Assembly: GCA_041562655.1 (NCBI GenBank)
Contig: JBFEXN010000001.1
Location: forward strand, 1 to 32,839
Length of the DNA stretch: 32,839 bases
Source: Sulfurimonadaceae bacterium
GTDB lineage: Bacteria; Campylobacterota; Campylobacteria; Campylobacterales; Sulfurimonadaceae
Direction: 5' to 3'
Position numbers and translations under genes: made by a program. Below the pieces are notes generated by a model. The model saw nothing but the letters and a program-made list of their open reading frames with translations, was not told the origin of the DNA and searched no databases. Positions within the stretch are counted from its first letter, which is position 1. Every line of letters starts with the position of its first letter. Positions 1 through 8,652 of this stretch are shown here, piece by piece.

Positions 1-253
1 CCTTGATCTCTTTAAGCTTTCTCTCGGCCGGTTTGACAATGATCTTTTCTACTTCTTTGGCCGTAGCTCCAGGCAGTGCAATGATCACGGTCGAACCACT
101 GACTACCATTTGCGGATTTTCTTCGCGCGGCATCATTTCTAAAGCGAGGTAGCCCAATATCAGTAAAAAACCACCAAGAAGAGGAGTCAAAGGACTGCGT
201 ATAAAGAGTTTGGAGAGTTTTCCAGCGATGTCTTTTGGTTCATAAGTGCTCAT
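1..253 (-). CDS. RND-family efflux permease (AcrB/CzcA type), N-terminal fragment; the gene runs off the window start
   Basis: Manual minus-strand translation from ATG (253-251) gives MSTYEPKDIAGKLSKLFIRSPLTPLLGGFLLILGYLALEMMPREENPQMVVSGSTVIIALPGATAKEVEKIIVKPAERKLKEIK. This is TM1 followed by the first periplasmic loop typical of RND pumps. It starts 3 nt after the adaptor gene stop. Confidence 0.75.
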   Translation of the reverse strand, partial: MSTYEPKDIAGKLSKLFIRSPLTPLLGGFLLILGYLALEMMPREENPQMVVSGSTVIIALPGATAKEVEKIIVKPAERKLKEIK

Positions 254-256
254 AGG

Positions 257-1006
257 TCATTCCACTTCGACGGTTGCATACATACCAGGATAGAGATGAT
301 GTTTTTTTGTGTCTAGCGATATCTTTACCTTGAAGGAATGTGTCATGGTGTTTGATGAGGGAATGATCGCATTGACCTTTCCCTCAAGTTCGAGTTGCAT
401 CGATGGTATGGTCACCTTTACTTTCTTGTCATAAGAAATTCGTTTAAGCTCACTCTCTGCTATCTCAATGGCAACTTTCAATCGGTTAAGGTCAGATAAT
501 ATAATTGCAGGCATACCCGGCATTGCCATCTCACCGACTTTGATATTTTTGGCAACGATCACACCATCGTTGGGTGCTGTGATATGAAGATATTTGTACT
601 GGTCTTTTATTTCATTGAGGCGTGCCGTGGCGATAGCAATCATATCTTCAAGGTTTTTAGCGGCGAGTTCGATGTTCTCAACCTCATATCTTGAGACCAT
701 GTCTTTTTTTAATAGACGCTTGTGACGTTCCAGGTTAAGTTTAACATTAGTGTATTGGTTCTGGTACATCTGCAAGGATAACTCAGCTTGGCGCGCAGCT
801 GAATCGATCTCTCTTGAGTCGATACTGTAAAGTGCCTGTCCTTTTTTTACCTGTTCTCCTTCGGATACATCAACCTGTGTGACAAAACCCATGAAACGGC
901 TCGTGATCATTTTCTCATTGTCCGAGATAAGTGTCCCTGAAAGGATAAGGTTTTCTGCCAAGAGCAGAGTAGTAAAAGTCATTATCATAATAATATGCTT
1001 GGTCAT
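257..1006 (-). CDS. Efflux RND periplasmic adaptor (HlyD/MFP family), short form
   Basis: 249-aa ORF with an N-terminal hydrophobic anchor, a lipoyl-like motif (VSEGEQVKKGQALYSID), an alpha-hairpin and a beta-barrel (ITAPNDGVIV). Its ATG overlaps the TolC-like stop (TAATG at 1004-1008), and the RND gene follows directly. Confidence 0.8.
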   Translation of the reverse strand: MTKHIIMIMTFTTLLLAENLILSGTLISDNEKMITSRFMGFVTQVDVSEGEQVKKGQALYSIDSREIDSAARQAELSLQMYQNQYTNVKLNLERHKRLLKKDMVSRYEVENIELAAKNLEDMIAIATARLNEIKDQYKYLHITAPNDGVIVAKNIKVGEMAMPGMPAIILSDLNRLKVAIEIAESELKRISYDKKVKVTIPSMQLELEGKVNAIIPSSNTMTHSFKVKISLDTKKHHLYPGMYATVEVE

Positions 1007-2352
1007 TATTTGCCTCCTTGTATCAATGCTAGGCGTTCAAGCGCAAAGATCTGTTTATTACGTTCGTTCTCTGCTTGTAAAAGTTGCAGCACTTTTTCAA
1101 GCCAGCTGCTCTGTTTGATGATCACATCGCTCATTGATGAGAGCTGCTCTTTATAGCGGCCCTCATAGTTCTCATAGATCTCACGTTCGAGCTGAAGCTC
1201 GACTTTGAGATTTTTTATCTTACTCTCTGCCGTCTTTATCTTGGTCTGAATCTCTTTGACTTGAAGTGCAATGCCCTGTTTGGCAAGTTCGCTCTGTGTT
1301 TGCGCCTTTAGTCGTTGTATCTGTGCTTTTTCGATGGCGGCATTGTCACTTCCGCCGCTGAATATATTCCATGTCAATTGTACACCGAGTGTATATGATT
1401 TATGGTCGTTCGCATCACCTAAAAAGGTGTCATCGGCCGTCTGTATCTCTGCCATTGCACCTATCATAGGAAGGTGACGTGACTTTTCCGCAAGAAGCAT
1501 GTTGTCCTGTATTTTCAAGGCTGCCAGGGCTTTTTTAATGTCAATATTGTTCTGAAGAATAGCCTCAGCCGAGATCTGCGGTGCAACAGGGTCATATTGT
1601 GGTATCGAAATCGCTGAGATGTCTTGGTTTAACAAAAAGGAGAGATAGTGATAAAGAAGTTCTTGGTTCGACACCAGTTCCGCGATGATACGTTGTACGT
1701 TGGCTTTTTTTGACTGGATCTCCAAAAGGTCTATCTTTTTTGCATAGCCTTCGGTGATCATCTCTTTTGTCATCGCTTCTAGTCTTTGAATATTTGTCAA
1801 GATGATGCGTAGGTTTTTCAGTGAACTCTCAAGGAGTGCCATATCAAAATAACTTTTTCGCGTCTCATATATCTTGATATTCAGCTGTTCTTCTTTTTCC
1901 AAGATGGAGATATCCCTCATCTCCTTGGCCATGTTCTGATAGGCCGTGATCTTGTTTCCGGTGTAAAGTGGAAGTTCATAGCGGATCTTGGTCTGAAAAA
2001 AGTTTTTTGCATCAGGATAGTTCAAGTCATGTGGCTGGACGTTCAAGATGGCAGGATTGGTGAGACTGAAGTCGGAAAAACCAAAGTCGCCAAAGGATGC
2101 CTCTCGGGAAGCAAGTTTAAAACCGAACACATTCCCTGCATCATTTGAGCGGGAGAGCTTTTGGACAAAGTCAAGTTGACCATAATCCTGAGCATCGGCC
2201 ATATCAAGGGATAATGAGGCGCTTTGAATATCATACTCGGCAACCTTGATCTGAAGGTTTTGTCTTTTGACAAGTTCCAGGGCTTGTTCAAGATTTGGAC
2301 CCTGAGCAAAGATACAAGCAGAGCTGATAAGCAGTAGAATAAAAAATTTCAT
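1006..2352 (-). CDS. TolC-family outer-membrane efflux protein
   Basis: 448-aa ORF with a signal peptide (MKFFILLLISSACIFAQG) and two long coiled-coil/beta repeats typical of OEP/TolC. It is the first gene of the OMP-MFP-RND operon. Confidence 0.85.
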   Translation of the reverse strand: MKFFILLLISSACIFAQGPNLEQALELVKRQNLQIKVAEYDIQSASLSLDMADAQDYGQLDFVQKLSRSNDAGNVFGFKLASREASFGDFGFSDFSLTNPAILNVQPHDLNYPDAKNFFQTKIRYELPLYTGNKITAYQNMAKEMRDISILEKEEQLNIKIYETRKSYFDMALLESSLKNLRIILTNIQRLEAMTKEMITEGYAKKIDLLEIQSKKANVQRIIAELVSNQELLYHYLSFLLNQDISAISIPQYDPVAPQISAEAILQNNIDIKKALAALKIQDNMLLAEKSRHLPMIGAMAEIQTADDTFLGDANDHKSYTLGVQLTWNIFSGGSDNAAIEKAQIQRLKAQTQSELAKQGIALQVKEIQTKIKTAESKIKNLKVELQLEREIYENYEGRYKEQLSSMSDVIIKQSSWLEKVLQLLQAENERNKQIFALERLALIQGGK

Positions 2353-2480
2353 ATGTCTCGGTTTCAGTTATATTTATAATCAGTATATATTATAACTAAA
2401 GTTTTCTCTAAAAGTTATCACATTTATTTTATAGTGGTAAAGATGGAAAATGCTATGATGCGAAAAAAATAAGGATAGCC

Positions 2481-2771
2481 ATGATCGTACATATCGTTAT
2501 GTTTGCTTTTAAAGATGAGAACAAACAGGAAAATCTGCAAAAAACAAAACAGATGCTGGAAGCACTCGTTGATAAGATCCCACCGCTTTTGAGCATGGAA
2601 GTCGGCTTGGACTTTATGCAAAGCGAGCGCTCATTTGACCTTGTTTTGACATCGACTTTTGAAGACAAAGAGGGGCTTTCTACTTATGCGACACATCCCG
2701 CACATCTGGAAGTCGTTGATTTTATCAAAGAAGTCACCGAGATGGCAAAGGTAGTGGATTACGTGAAGTAA
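2481..2771 (+). CDS. Dabb (stress-responsive A/B barrel) family protein
   Basis: 96 aa. The start IVHIVMFAFKD and the motif ..YATHPAHLEVV.. are typical of the Dabb dimeric alpha/beta barrel. An AAGGA Shine-Dalgarno (SD) site lies just upstream. Confidence 0.75.
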   Translation: MIVHIVMFAFKDENKQENLQKTKQMLEALVDKIPPLLSMEVGLDFMQSERSFDLVLTSTFEDKEGLSTYATHPAHLEVVDFIKEVTEMAKVVDYVK

Positions 2772-2845
2772 TCCCTTTGTAATCAGGCAGGGTTATACTT
2801 TTAGGACATTGTGTAAGCAGTGTAAATAATCATAAAAGGAAAACT

Positions 2846-3028
2846 ATGTTTGAAACAGGTGTAAAACTGATATTAAACCAGCGATATGTTCAAAAAACAG
2901 ACGGTTCAAAAGCGATGCTGCTTGATATCTGCGGTAATGATGCCATCGTCGAATTAGAACAGGGCAAACTACTTAAGATCTCGACAGAAAACTTCAAAAC
3001 ACTCTTCCAGTTAAACTTCTCACTCTAA
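2846..3028 (+). CDS. Small hypothetical protein (60 aa)
   Basis: ORF preceded by an AAAGGAAAA SD with good spacing. I recognise no family. Confidence 0.4.
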   Translation: MFETGVKLILNQRYVQKTDGSKAMLLDICGNDAIVELEQGKLLKISTENFKTLFQLNFSL

Positions 3029-3204
3029 TAACACATTATTGTTGATTGCACAAGGTAAGGCCTTGATGCTTGGCCCAAAGGCTATTATCTCAACTCATTC
3101 AAACGCTTTTATCATTATATGCATAAGAAGAAGCTTCTTAAGGCTGTCTCTAAAAATAATCTGTTATAGTAAGTGACTTTATAATATACAGGTACAAAAA
3201 ACAG

Positions 3205-5853
3205 ATGGGCAAGAACAATCTTGATAGTATCAAAAGAATCATTGATCAATTTGAGGAGAATAAAGACCTTATTTTAAATCAATGGATATCTTACGCTGAG
3301 CCAAAAGACATTTTGATATTTCACAAGATAGACACTTCAATTTTTAAAGATTACTACGGTTCGGGAGTATTTGACTATTTTATGGCCGTGATCAAGGGCC
3401 AAAAGGAATTAGGCGACTGTCCCGTCATGAGCCGGTTCTTGGCCTATTTAAAAGACAGAGAGATCTCTGCCAACGAGCTTTTTACCATCTGCAGCCACTT
3501 TCGTAAATCTATTATTGACTTCTCCTATGATGCCCAGGTCAACTCAAAACTTCTCTTTGACGAGATATCCTATGTGTTTGATGAGAACTTTTCCGGTGTA
3601 CTAAAACTTTATACGGATACCATCTATGAAAAAGAACAAGAGATAGCAAAGAATGTCGAGCTTTTAAATGAGTACAAAAAAGCTTTGGATGAGAGTGCTA
3701 TCGTCTCCAAGACGGATGTCAACGGGACCATCATCTATGCCAATGAGAACTTCTGTCAACTTAGCGGTTACAGCAGTGAGGAGCTGCTTGGAAAGCCCCA
3801 TAGTATCGTCCGCCACAGCGATGTCCCAACCAGTTTTTTTACGCAGATGTGGGATACCCTGAATAAAAAACAGATCTTTCAAAATACGATAAAAAATCGC
3901 AAGAAAGATGGTTCTGCCTATTATTTGGATATCACAGTCGTACCGATCATTGACCCGGTCAAAGGTGTGAATGAGTTTATTGCCATCGGATATGAGGTGA
4001 CAAAGCTTGTTAATGCTCGTCAGGAAGCACTTGAGGCAGGTCAGGCAAAAGAGTCGTTTCTCTCATCTATGAGTCACGAGATAAGGACACCGTTAAATGC
4101 TATCTTGGGGTTTGTCTCGATTCTACTGGAGGAAGAGCATGATCCCAGACACAGTCATTATCTGAGCATTATCAATAACAGCGGTGAGAACCTTTTGGGC
4201 ATAATCAATGACATCTTGGACTTTTCTAAACTTCGCAGTGGTGTCTTCAGTGTCGAGCAAAAACTATTCAATCCGCATGATGAGTTTTCACATGCCTTGG
4301 AACTCTTCTCACAAAGTGCCTATGCCAAGAACATTTTAGTACGTTCTTTTATTGATCCAAAGATCCCTTATGAACTTATAGGCGACCCTTTGCGCATCAA
4401 ACAGGTGTTCTCGAACCTTTTGTCCAATGCGATCAAGTTTACGCCTGAGAATGGTGAAATAGAAGCAGTCGTAGAGTATAAAGAGAAGACCTTGAGCATT
4501 TTTGTCCGCGACAGTGGAAAAGGAATAAAAACATCTGAACAAGAGAAGATCTTTGATGCCTTTGCTCAAGCCAGAGACACGAGGGGAGGCACGGGGCTGG
4601 GTCTGTCCATCTCGAAGCAGTTGGCAGAGCATATGGGAGGGAGCATCCGTTATGCGAATGAAGCCAAGACCGGAAGCTGCTTCACTTTTGAGATTCCTGT
4701 TGATGTACCTGAGACTATGGCGGAGTTTCCTTTTGACCCTATACCTTTTCAAAAACTTCGTATTGCTCTTTTTTGTGAGGATATCAAGCAGGAAGAGCGT
4801 TTTAAATACTTGCGCCGCTATTTTGACAGTTTTGATCTGAACACCTTTTGCATAAGAGATTTTCACGAAGATGATTATGATGTTCTTCTGTTTATCGACG
4901 AACAGATGCAGGCGGACAAGATAAAAGAGTTAAAAAAGCTTGATGTCGCCAGTATAGCCTTGCTTAATGTGCCTGATAAGAAATACGAGAACACTCCACA
5001 TATCACCCCTTTGCTCTATCCGATCTATTGTGAGAAGCTATATCATACTTTTTTAGAAGCATTGGAGCTAACGCATAAAGATGATGAGAAGTTTGTGCAG
5101 AAAAAGAAACAGCGTCGTTTCCATGGCCATGTCTTGGTCGCAGAAGACAATATCGCGAATCAGGAACTTATCAAGATCATCTTGGAGAGGTATGGTCTGA
5201 GCTACTATATCGCATCCGACGGAGAAGAGGCAGTCCAGACCTTTAAGCTGGCTTCATTTGACATGGTCTTTATGGATGAGCAGATGCCGCGTAAAGACGG
5301 TTTGGAAGCAACGCGTGATATCCTAGAGTATGAAAGGCTTCAGCATCAGACTCATACACCTATTATTGGACTCAGTGCCAATGTCATCGAGGGTGCCAAA
5401 GAGAGGGCCCTCTCGTTTGGCTGCGATGCCTTTTTAGGCAAACCGATCGTGATCCGTCAGTTTGAGACGGTGCTTGAGACATACTTGGACGAGACAAGTG
5501 CTGTTGAGAAGGAAGTGGGGTATGAAGACTTTAAGGCATCCAGTGTCGATATCAAAGCACTTAAAGATGAACTGATGCTTGAAGCCGATGAGGTACGGCT
5601 TCTTTTGCAGATCTTTATACAAAAAATGAAAAAATCACTACCTGTGTTGTCGGATGCGATCAATAACAAAGATTATCCAAAAATATCGTTGGAATCACAC
5701 TCTATTAAAGGCTCAGCGGCTAATTTCAGATTCTCAAAATTGGAAGAGTTAAGCTCGTCTATTGAGTCGGCTGCACGAAAAAAAGACGAGGACTTCGACT
5801 ACAAAAAAGCGCTTGAAGCGATGGAAGGCATCATCTGCGAGATGATGGAATAA
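3205..5853 (+). CDS. Soluble hybrid (unorthodox) sensor histidine kinase: N-terminal helical sensor, Aer-type PAS, HisKA/HATPase, receiver-like insert, REC, HPt
   Basis: 882 aa. Motifs seen: H-box [17 protein letters not shown] box LLSNAIKFT, G2 GGTGLGLSISKQL, REC VLVAEDN...MVFMDEQMPRKDG, HPt HSIKGSAANF. No TM segment is visible. Confidence 0.9.
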   Translation: MGKNNLDSIKRIIDQFEENKDLILNQWISYAEPKDILIFHKIDTSIFKDYYGSGVFDYFMAVIKGQKELGDCPVMSRFLAYLKDREISANELFTICSHFRKSIIDFSYDAQVNSKLLFDEISYVFDENFSGVLKLYTDTIYEKEQEIAKNVELLNEYKKALDESAIVSKTDVNGTIIYANENFCQLSGYSSEELLGKPHSIVRHSDVPTSFFTQMWDTLNKKQIFQNTIKNRKKDGSAYYLDITVVPIIDPVKGVNEFIAIGYEVTKLVNARQEALEAGQAKESFLSSMSHEIRTPLNAILGFVSILLEEEHDPRHSHYLSIINNSGENLLGIINDILDFSKLRSGVFSVEQKLFNPHDEFSHALELFSQSAYAKNILVRSFIDPKIPYELIGDPLRIKQVFSNLLSNAIKFTPENGEIEAVVEYKEKTLSIFVRDSGKGIKTSEQEKIFDAFAQARDTRGGTGLGLSISKQLAEHMGGSIRYANEAKTGSCFTFEIPVDVPETMAEFPFDPIPFQKLRIALFCEDIKQEERFKYLRRYFDSFDLNTFCIRDFHEDDYDVLLFIDEQMQADKIKELKKLDVASIALLNVPDKKYENTPHITPLLYPIYCEKLYHTFLEALELTHKDDEKFVQKKKQRRFHGHVLVAEDNIANQELIKIILERYGLSYYIASDGEEAVQTFKLASFDMVFMDEQMPRKDGLEATRDILEYERLQHQTHTPIIGLSANVIEGAKERALSFGCDAFLGKPIVIRQFETVLETYLDETSAVEKEVGYEDFKASSVDIKALKDELMLEADEVRLLLQIFIQKMKKSLPVLSDAINNKDYPKISLESHSIKGSAANFRFSKLEELSSSIESAARKKDEDFDYKKALEAMEGIICEMME

Positions 5854-5855
5854 GC

Positions 5856-6611
5856 TCAGCCCTCAGAGTCGATATAGTAGCCCATACCTGAAGCATTTTT
5901 GATAATGTCTGTTGGGAGTTTGTTACGCAATCGCCAGACCAATGTCCGTACACTGTTCTCCGTTGCCCCGTCATCTTCCCACACATAATTCATCGCCTGT
6001 TCAAAACTGACCACAAGTCCGAGTTGAGCTACCAATAAACGTATGAATGCGTTCTCTTTTTTAGTGAGTTTGATCTTTGCGCTCTTATAAAAAGTCTCAC
6101 AGGTACTGATATCAAGATGGTAGTCGCCGGCAAAGGGTACAAGAGGTTTGTCTGAGATCTTTTTATTGTAAAGCAGTTTTTCAAGCTCTTCTTTGTCAAG
6201 TTGCAAGGAGGTGATGTCCTTTTTGAGTTTACACTCCTCTTCAAACTTATACAGGGCCATCTGAATCGTTGAATGAAGGCTGTTCGGGTCAAAAGGTTTC
6301 ACAATATAACCATGCGGCTCGGTCACTTTTGCCTCATCAAGGATCTCTTTTTCCGAATGAGACGTCAGGTAGATAAAGGGAATGGTATGTTTGTTCTTGA
6401 TGTAGGAGGCAAGGTTGATACCGTCAGTCTCTTCTTGCAGTGAGATGTCAAGCAAAATAGCATCAGGTTCATAGATCTTGATTTTATTGCGTGCTTGGAT
6501 AGTGTTTTCGGCGATAGAGACAACATCATAATCGAGTTTTTGAAGTGCCATCTTAAGATGCATTGCTGTGACTTCATCATCCTCAACGATTAAAATTTTC
6601 TCTTTACTCAT
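5856..6611 (-). CDS. OmpR-type response regulator (REC + coiled linker + winged-helix DNA-binding domain)
   Basis: REC motifs KILIVEDDE, ILLDISL and YIVKPF. The C-terminal Trans_reg_C-like region reads LTKKENAFIRLL...VRTLVWRLRNKL...GMGYYI. I prefer the ATG at 6611 (MSKEKIL), which follows an AGGAAAG SD, over the ORF-track start at 6644. The linker is ~35 aa and rich in charged residues. Confidence 0.85.
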   Translation of the reverse strand: MSKEKILIVEDDEVTAMHLKMALQKLDYDVVSIAENTIQARNKIKIYEPDAILLDISLQEETDGINLASYIKNKHTIPFIYLTSHSEKEILDEAKVTEPHGYIVKPFDPNSLHSTIQMALYKFEEECKLKKDITSLQLDKEELEKLLYNKKISDKPLVPFAGDYHLDISTCETFYKSAKIKLTKKENAFIRLLVAQLGLVVSFEQAMNYVWEDDGATENSVRTLVWRLRNKLPTDIIKNASGMGYYIDSEG

Positions 6612-6734
6612 CCCACTTTCCTTTTTAAGAGCTAGTTCAAGCATACAGATTGTAGCTCTTTTATGTCACGAAGGTATCACACATTAATGGTATCAGTTTA
6701 TCACATCTAAAATATATTTCTGTACAATAAGCTT

Positions 6735-8057
6735 ATGAAAAACAACATCTATAACGATCGACGCCAAAGACTTCTGTCGCAGATGGGAAATGGAATAGCC
6801 ATCGTCCCTTCGGCTTCGATGCAGGTACGAAGCAATGACACCGAATTTCCTTTTAGGCAAGAGAGCAATTTTTACTATTTGACGGGTTTCAATGAACCCG
6901 ACGCCCTTTTGCTCTTATGTAAAAAAGACAAACAGAACAAGACAGTCATCTTTCTGCGTGAGAGAGATCCCGAGATGGAGATGTGGGTAGGTGCACGTTT
7001 GGGTGTTGAACCGGCTTGTGATGCACTGGGTATCGATGAAGCATATGATATCAAGAGGCTCGAGGCAGAACTTCCAAAGCTACTTGAGGGAAATGAGCAT
7101 CTGTACCTGGATACCTTCAGTGAGAGTGAGTATATTCATACCATTAAAAAGGTCTCGGAAGAGCTTTCTCATATCCGCAGTGTAGATGTCTCACCGCGAA
7201 ACTATATGCATCTCAACACCCTCGTGGAGACAATGCGTCTTTACAAGGACCCCCATGAGCTCAAGCAGATCAAAAAGGCATTGTCGATCACGGCACAGGC
7301 ACATCATGCAGCTATGGCCATGGTCAAACCCGGGATGAAAGAGTATGAGATACAGGCGATTATTGAGTACGTCTTCAAGAAGAATGGCTCAGAACATGAT
7401 GCTTACGGGACGATCGTTGCTGGAGGGAATAATGCCAACACCTTGCATTATGTAGACAATAGGCAAATCCTGAACGATGGGGATATGATGCTTATTGATG
7501 CCGGATGCGAGTGGGATTATTATGCTTCTGATATCACGCGTACGACACCTGTCAGCGGAAAGTTTTCCGAAGCACAGCAGGCACTTTACGAAGGTATACT
7601 GGATGTGCAAGAGAAGATCATTTCATCGATCAAACCCGGGATCTCAAAGCAGCAGTTGCAGGAAAAAAGTGAACTTCTCTTAGCGCAGGCAATGCTTGAT
7701 CTTGGTATACTCAAAGCTCCTTTAGATGTAATAATGCAAGACAAAACATACAAGAAATACTACCCGCATGGCATCGGTCACTGGATGGGTCTTGATGTCC
7801 ATGATACCTGTCCGTATAAGGATGAACAGGGTAGGGAGGTGCTTTTTGAGGAAGGTGTCGTTCTGACGATTGAGCCGGCTATCTACCTTCCTAAGGATGA
7901 CCTTGAGATTCCAGAGGCGTTTAGAGGTATTGGGATTCGAACCGAAGACAATATTTTAGTGACAGGCCAGGGATATGAAAATCTTTCGCGTGACATTGCC
8001 AAGACAGTTGATGAGATCGAGAAGATATGTGCTAAGGACTATAGAGAGTTCTTGTGA
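6735..8057 (+). CDS. pepP: Xaa-Pro aminopeptidase (M24B)
   Basis: 440 aa with an AMP_N-like N-domain (FRQESNFYYLTGFNEPDA) and M24 metal-ligand motifs (DGDMMLIDAG, YASDITRT, HGIGHWMGLDVHD, TIEPAIY, IRTEDN). Confidence 0.9.
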   Translation: MKNNIYNDRRQRLLSQMGNGIAIVPSASMQVRSNDTEFPFRQESNFYYLTGFNEPDALLLLCKKDKQNKTVIFLRERDPEMEMWVGARLGVEPACDALGIDEAYDIKRLEAELPKLLEGNEHLYLDTFSESEYIHTIKKVSEELSHIRSVDVSPRNYMHLNTLVETMRLYKDPHELKQIKKALSITAQAHHAAMAMVKPGMKEYEIQAIIEYVFKKNGSEHDAYGTIVAGGNNANTLHYVDNRQILNDGDMMLIDAGCEWDYYASDITRTTPVSGKFSEAQQALYEGILDVQEKIISSIKPGISKQQLQEKSELLLAQAMLDLGILKAPLDVIMQDKTYKKYYPHGIGHWMGLDVHDTCPYKDEQGREVLFEEGVVLTIEPAIYLPKDDLEIPEAFRGIGIRTEDNILVTGQGYENLSRDIAKTVDEIEKICAKDYREFL

Positions 8058-8113
8058 TGCATTGGAGTGGATTGTAGTACGAAAAACAGACCCGATTAAG
8101 ATCGGACCGGCTC

Positions 8114-8575
8114 TTAGACGACTTCTTTGATCACACTGGCAATACCGATGTGCATATTATAGTGGGCAATCGGGAAATCCTCTTCTTCATACTCTTCATG
8201 AATATTATAACGCTTGACGTACTCTTTGAGTGTTTCAAGATCGATGTTTTTGTAGTCGGCATCCTTGTATTCAGTACGGCACAATGTTCCCTTCTCATTA
8301 CTCTCTTTAAGTGTAAAATAGAGCAGTTTCAAGGATACGAGGTCGGTCCAGTTGAGAAAATCCTCAAAACCAAAACTGTCAGTTCTTTTCCCCTCTGGGG
8401 TGAAGAGAAGGTCCTGTTCTTTCAAGGGAATGATAACAGAGTAGATCGCTTCTATCAGGGGAATGGCTTTTTCTGCAAAAAATGGAGATTCATTCTTGTT
8501 TTTTAGGGCCAGCTCAACTGCCTCTGTAAGTAGCTTGGTATTATTGTCTTCAAACATCATTTTTAAAGTTTTCAT
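8114..8575 (-). CDS. Hypothetical acidic cytoplasmic protein (153 aa)
   Basis: Long ORF between well-defined neighbours. No family recognised, and the SD is weak. Confidence 0.45.
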   Translation of the reverse strand: MKTLKMMFEDNNTKLLTEAVELALKNKNESPFFAEKAIPLIEAIYSVIIPLKEQDLLFTPEGKRTDSFGFEDFLNWTDLVSLKLLYFTLKESNEKGTLCRTEYKDADYKNIDLETLKEYVKRYNIHEEYEEEDFPIAHYNMHIGIASVIKEVV

Positions 8576-8652
8576 TGTTTCTTACTTTGCATATAGTTTT
8601 CTTGATGAACTTATAACACTTTCTGTATAATTTCGCTCTTAAAGGAAAATTG

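Noticed and set aside
257-1006. The efflux adaptor is unusually short (249 aa) for an RND membrane-fusion protein.
   Set aside because: The core lipoyl, hairpin and beta-barrel motifs are present and the operon context is standard. Short adaptors exist, and nothing in the sequence suggests truncation or a frameshift.
4336-4866. 176-aa ORF antisense to the hybrid kinase gene. Similar antisense or overlapping ORFs occur at 8550-8972, 10009-10449, 10691-10993, 13918-14364, 16784-17077, 17185-17607 and 19918-20259.
   Set aside because: All lie entirely inside, or heavily overlap, strongly supported genes on the other strand or frame. They have low-complexity Ser/Arg/Leu-rich translations, no SD and no recognisable motifs. 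They are typical shadow ORFs.
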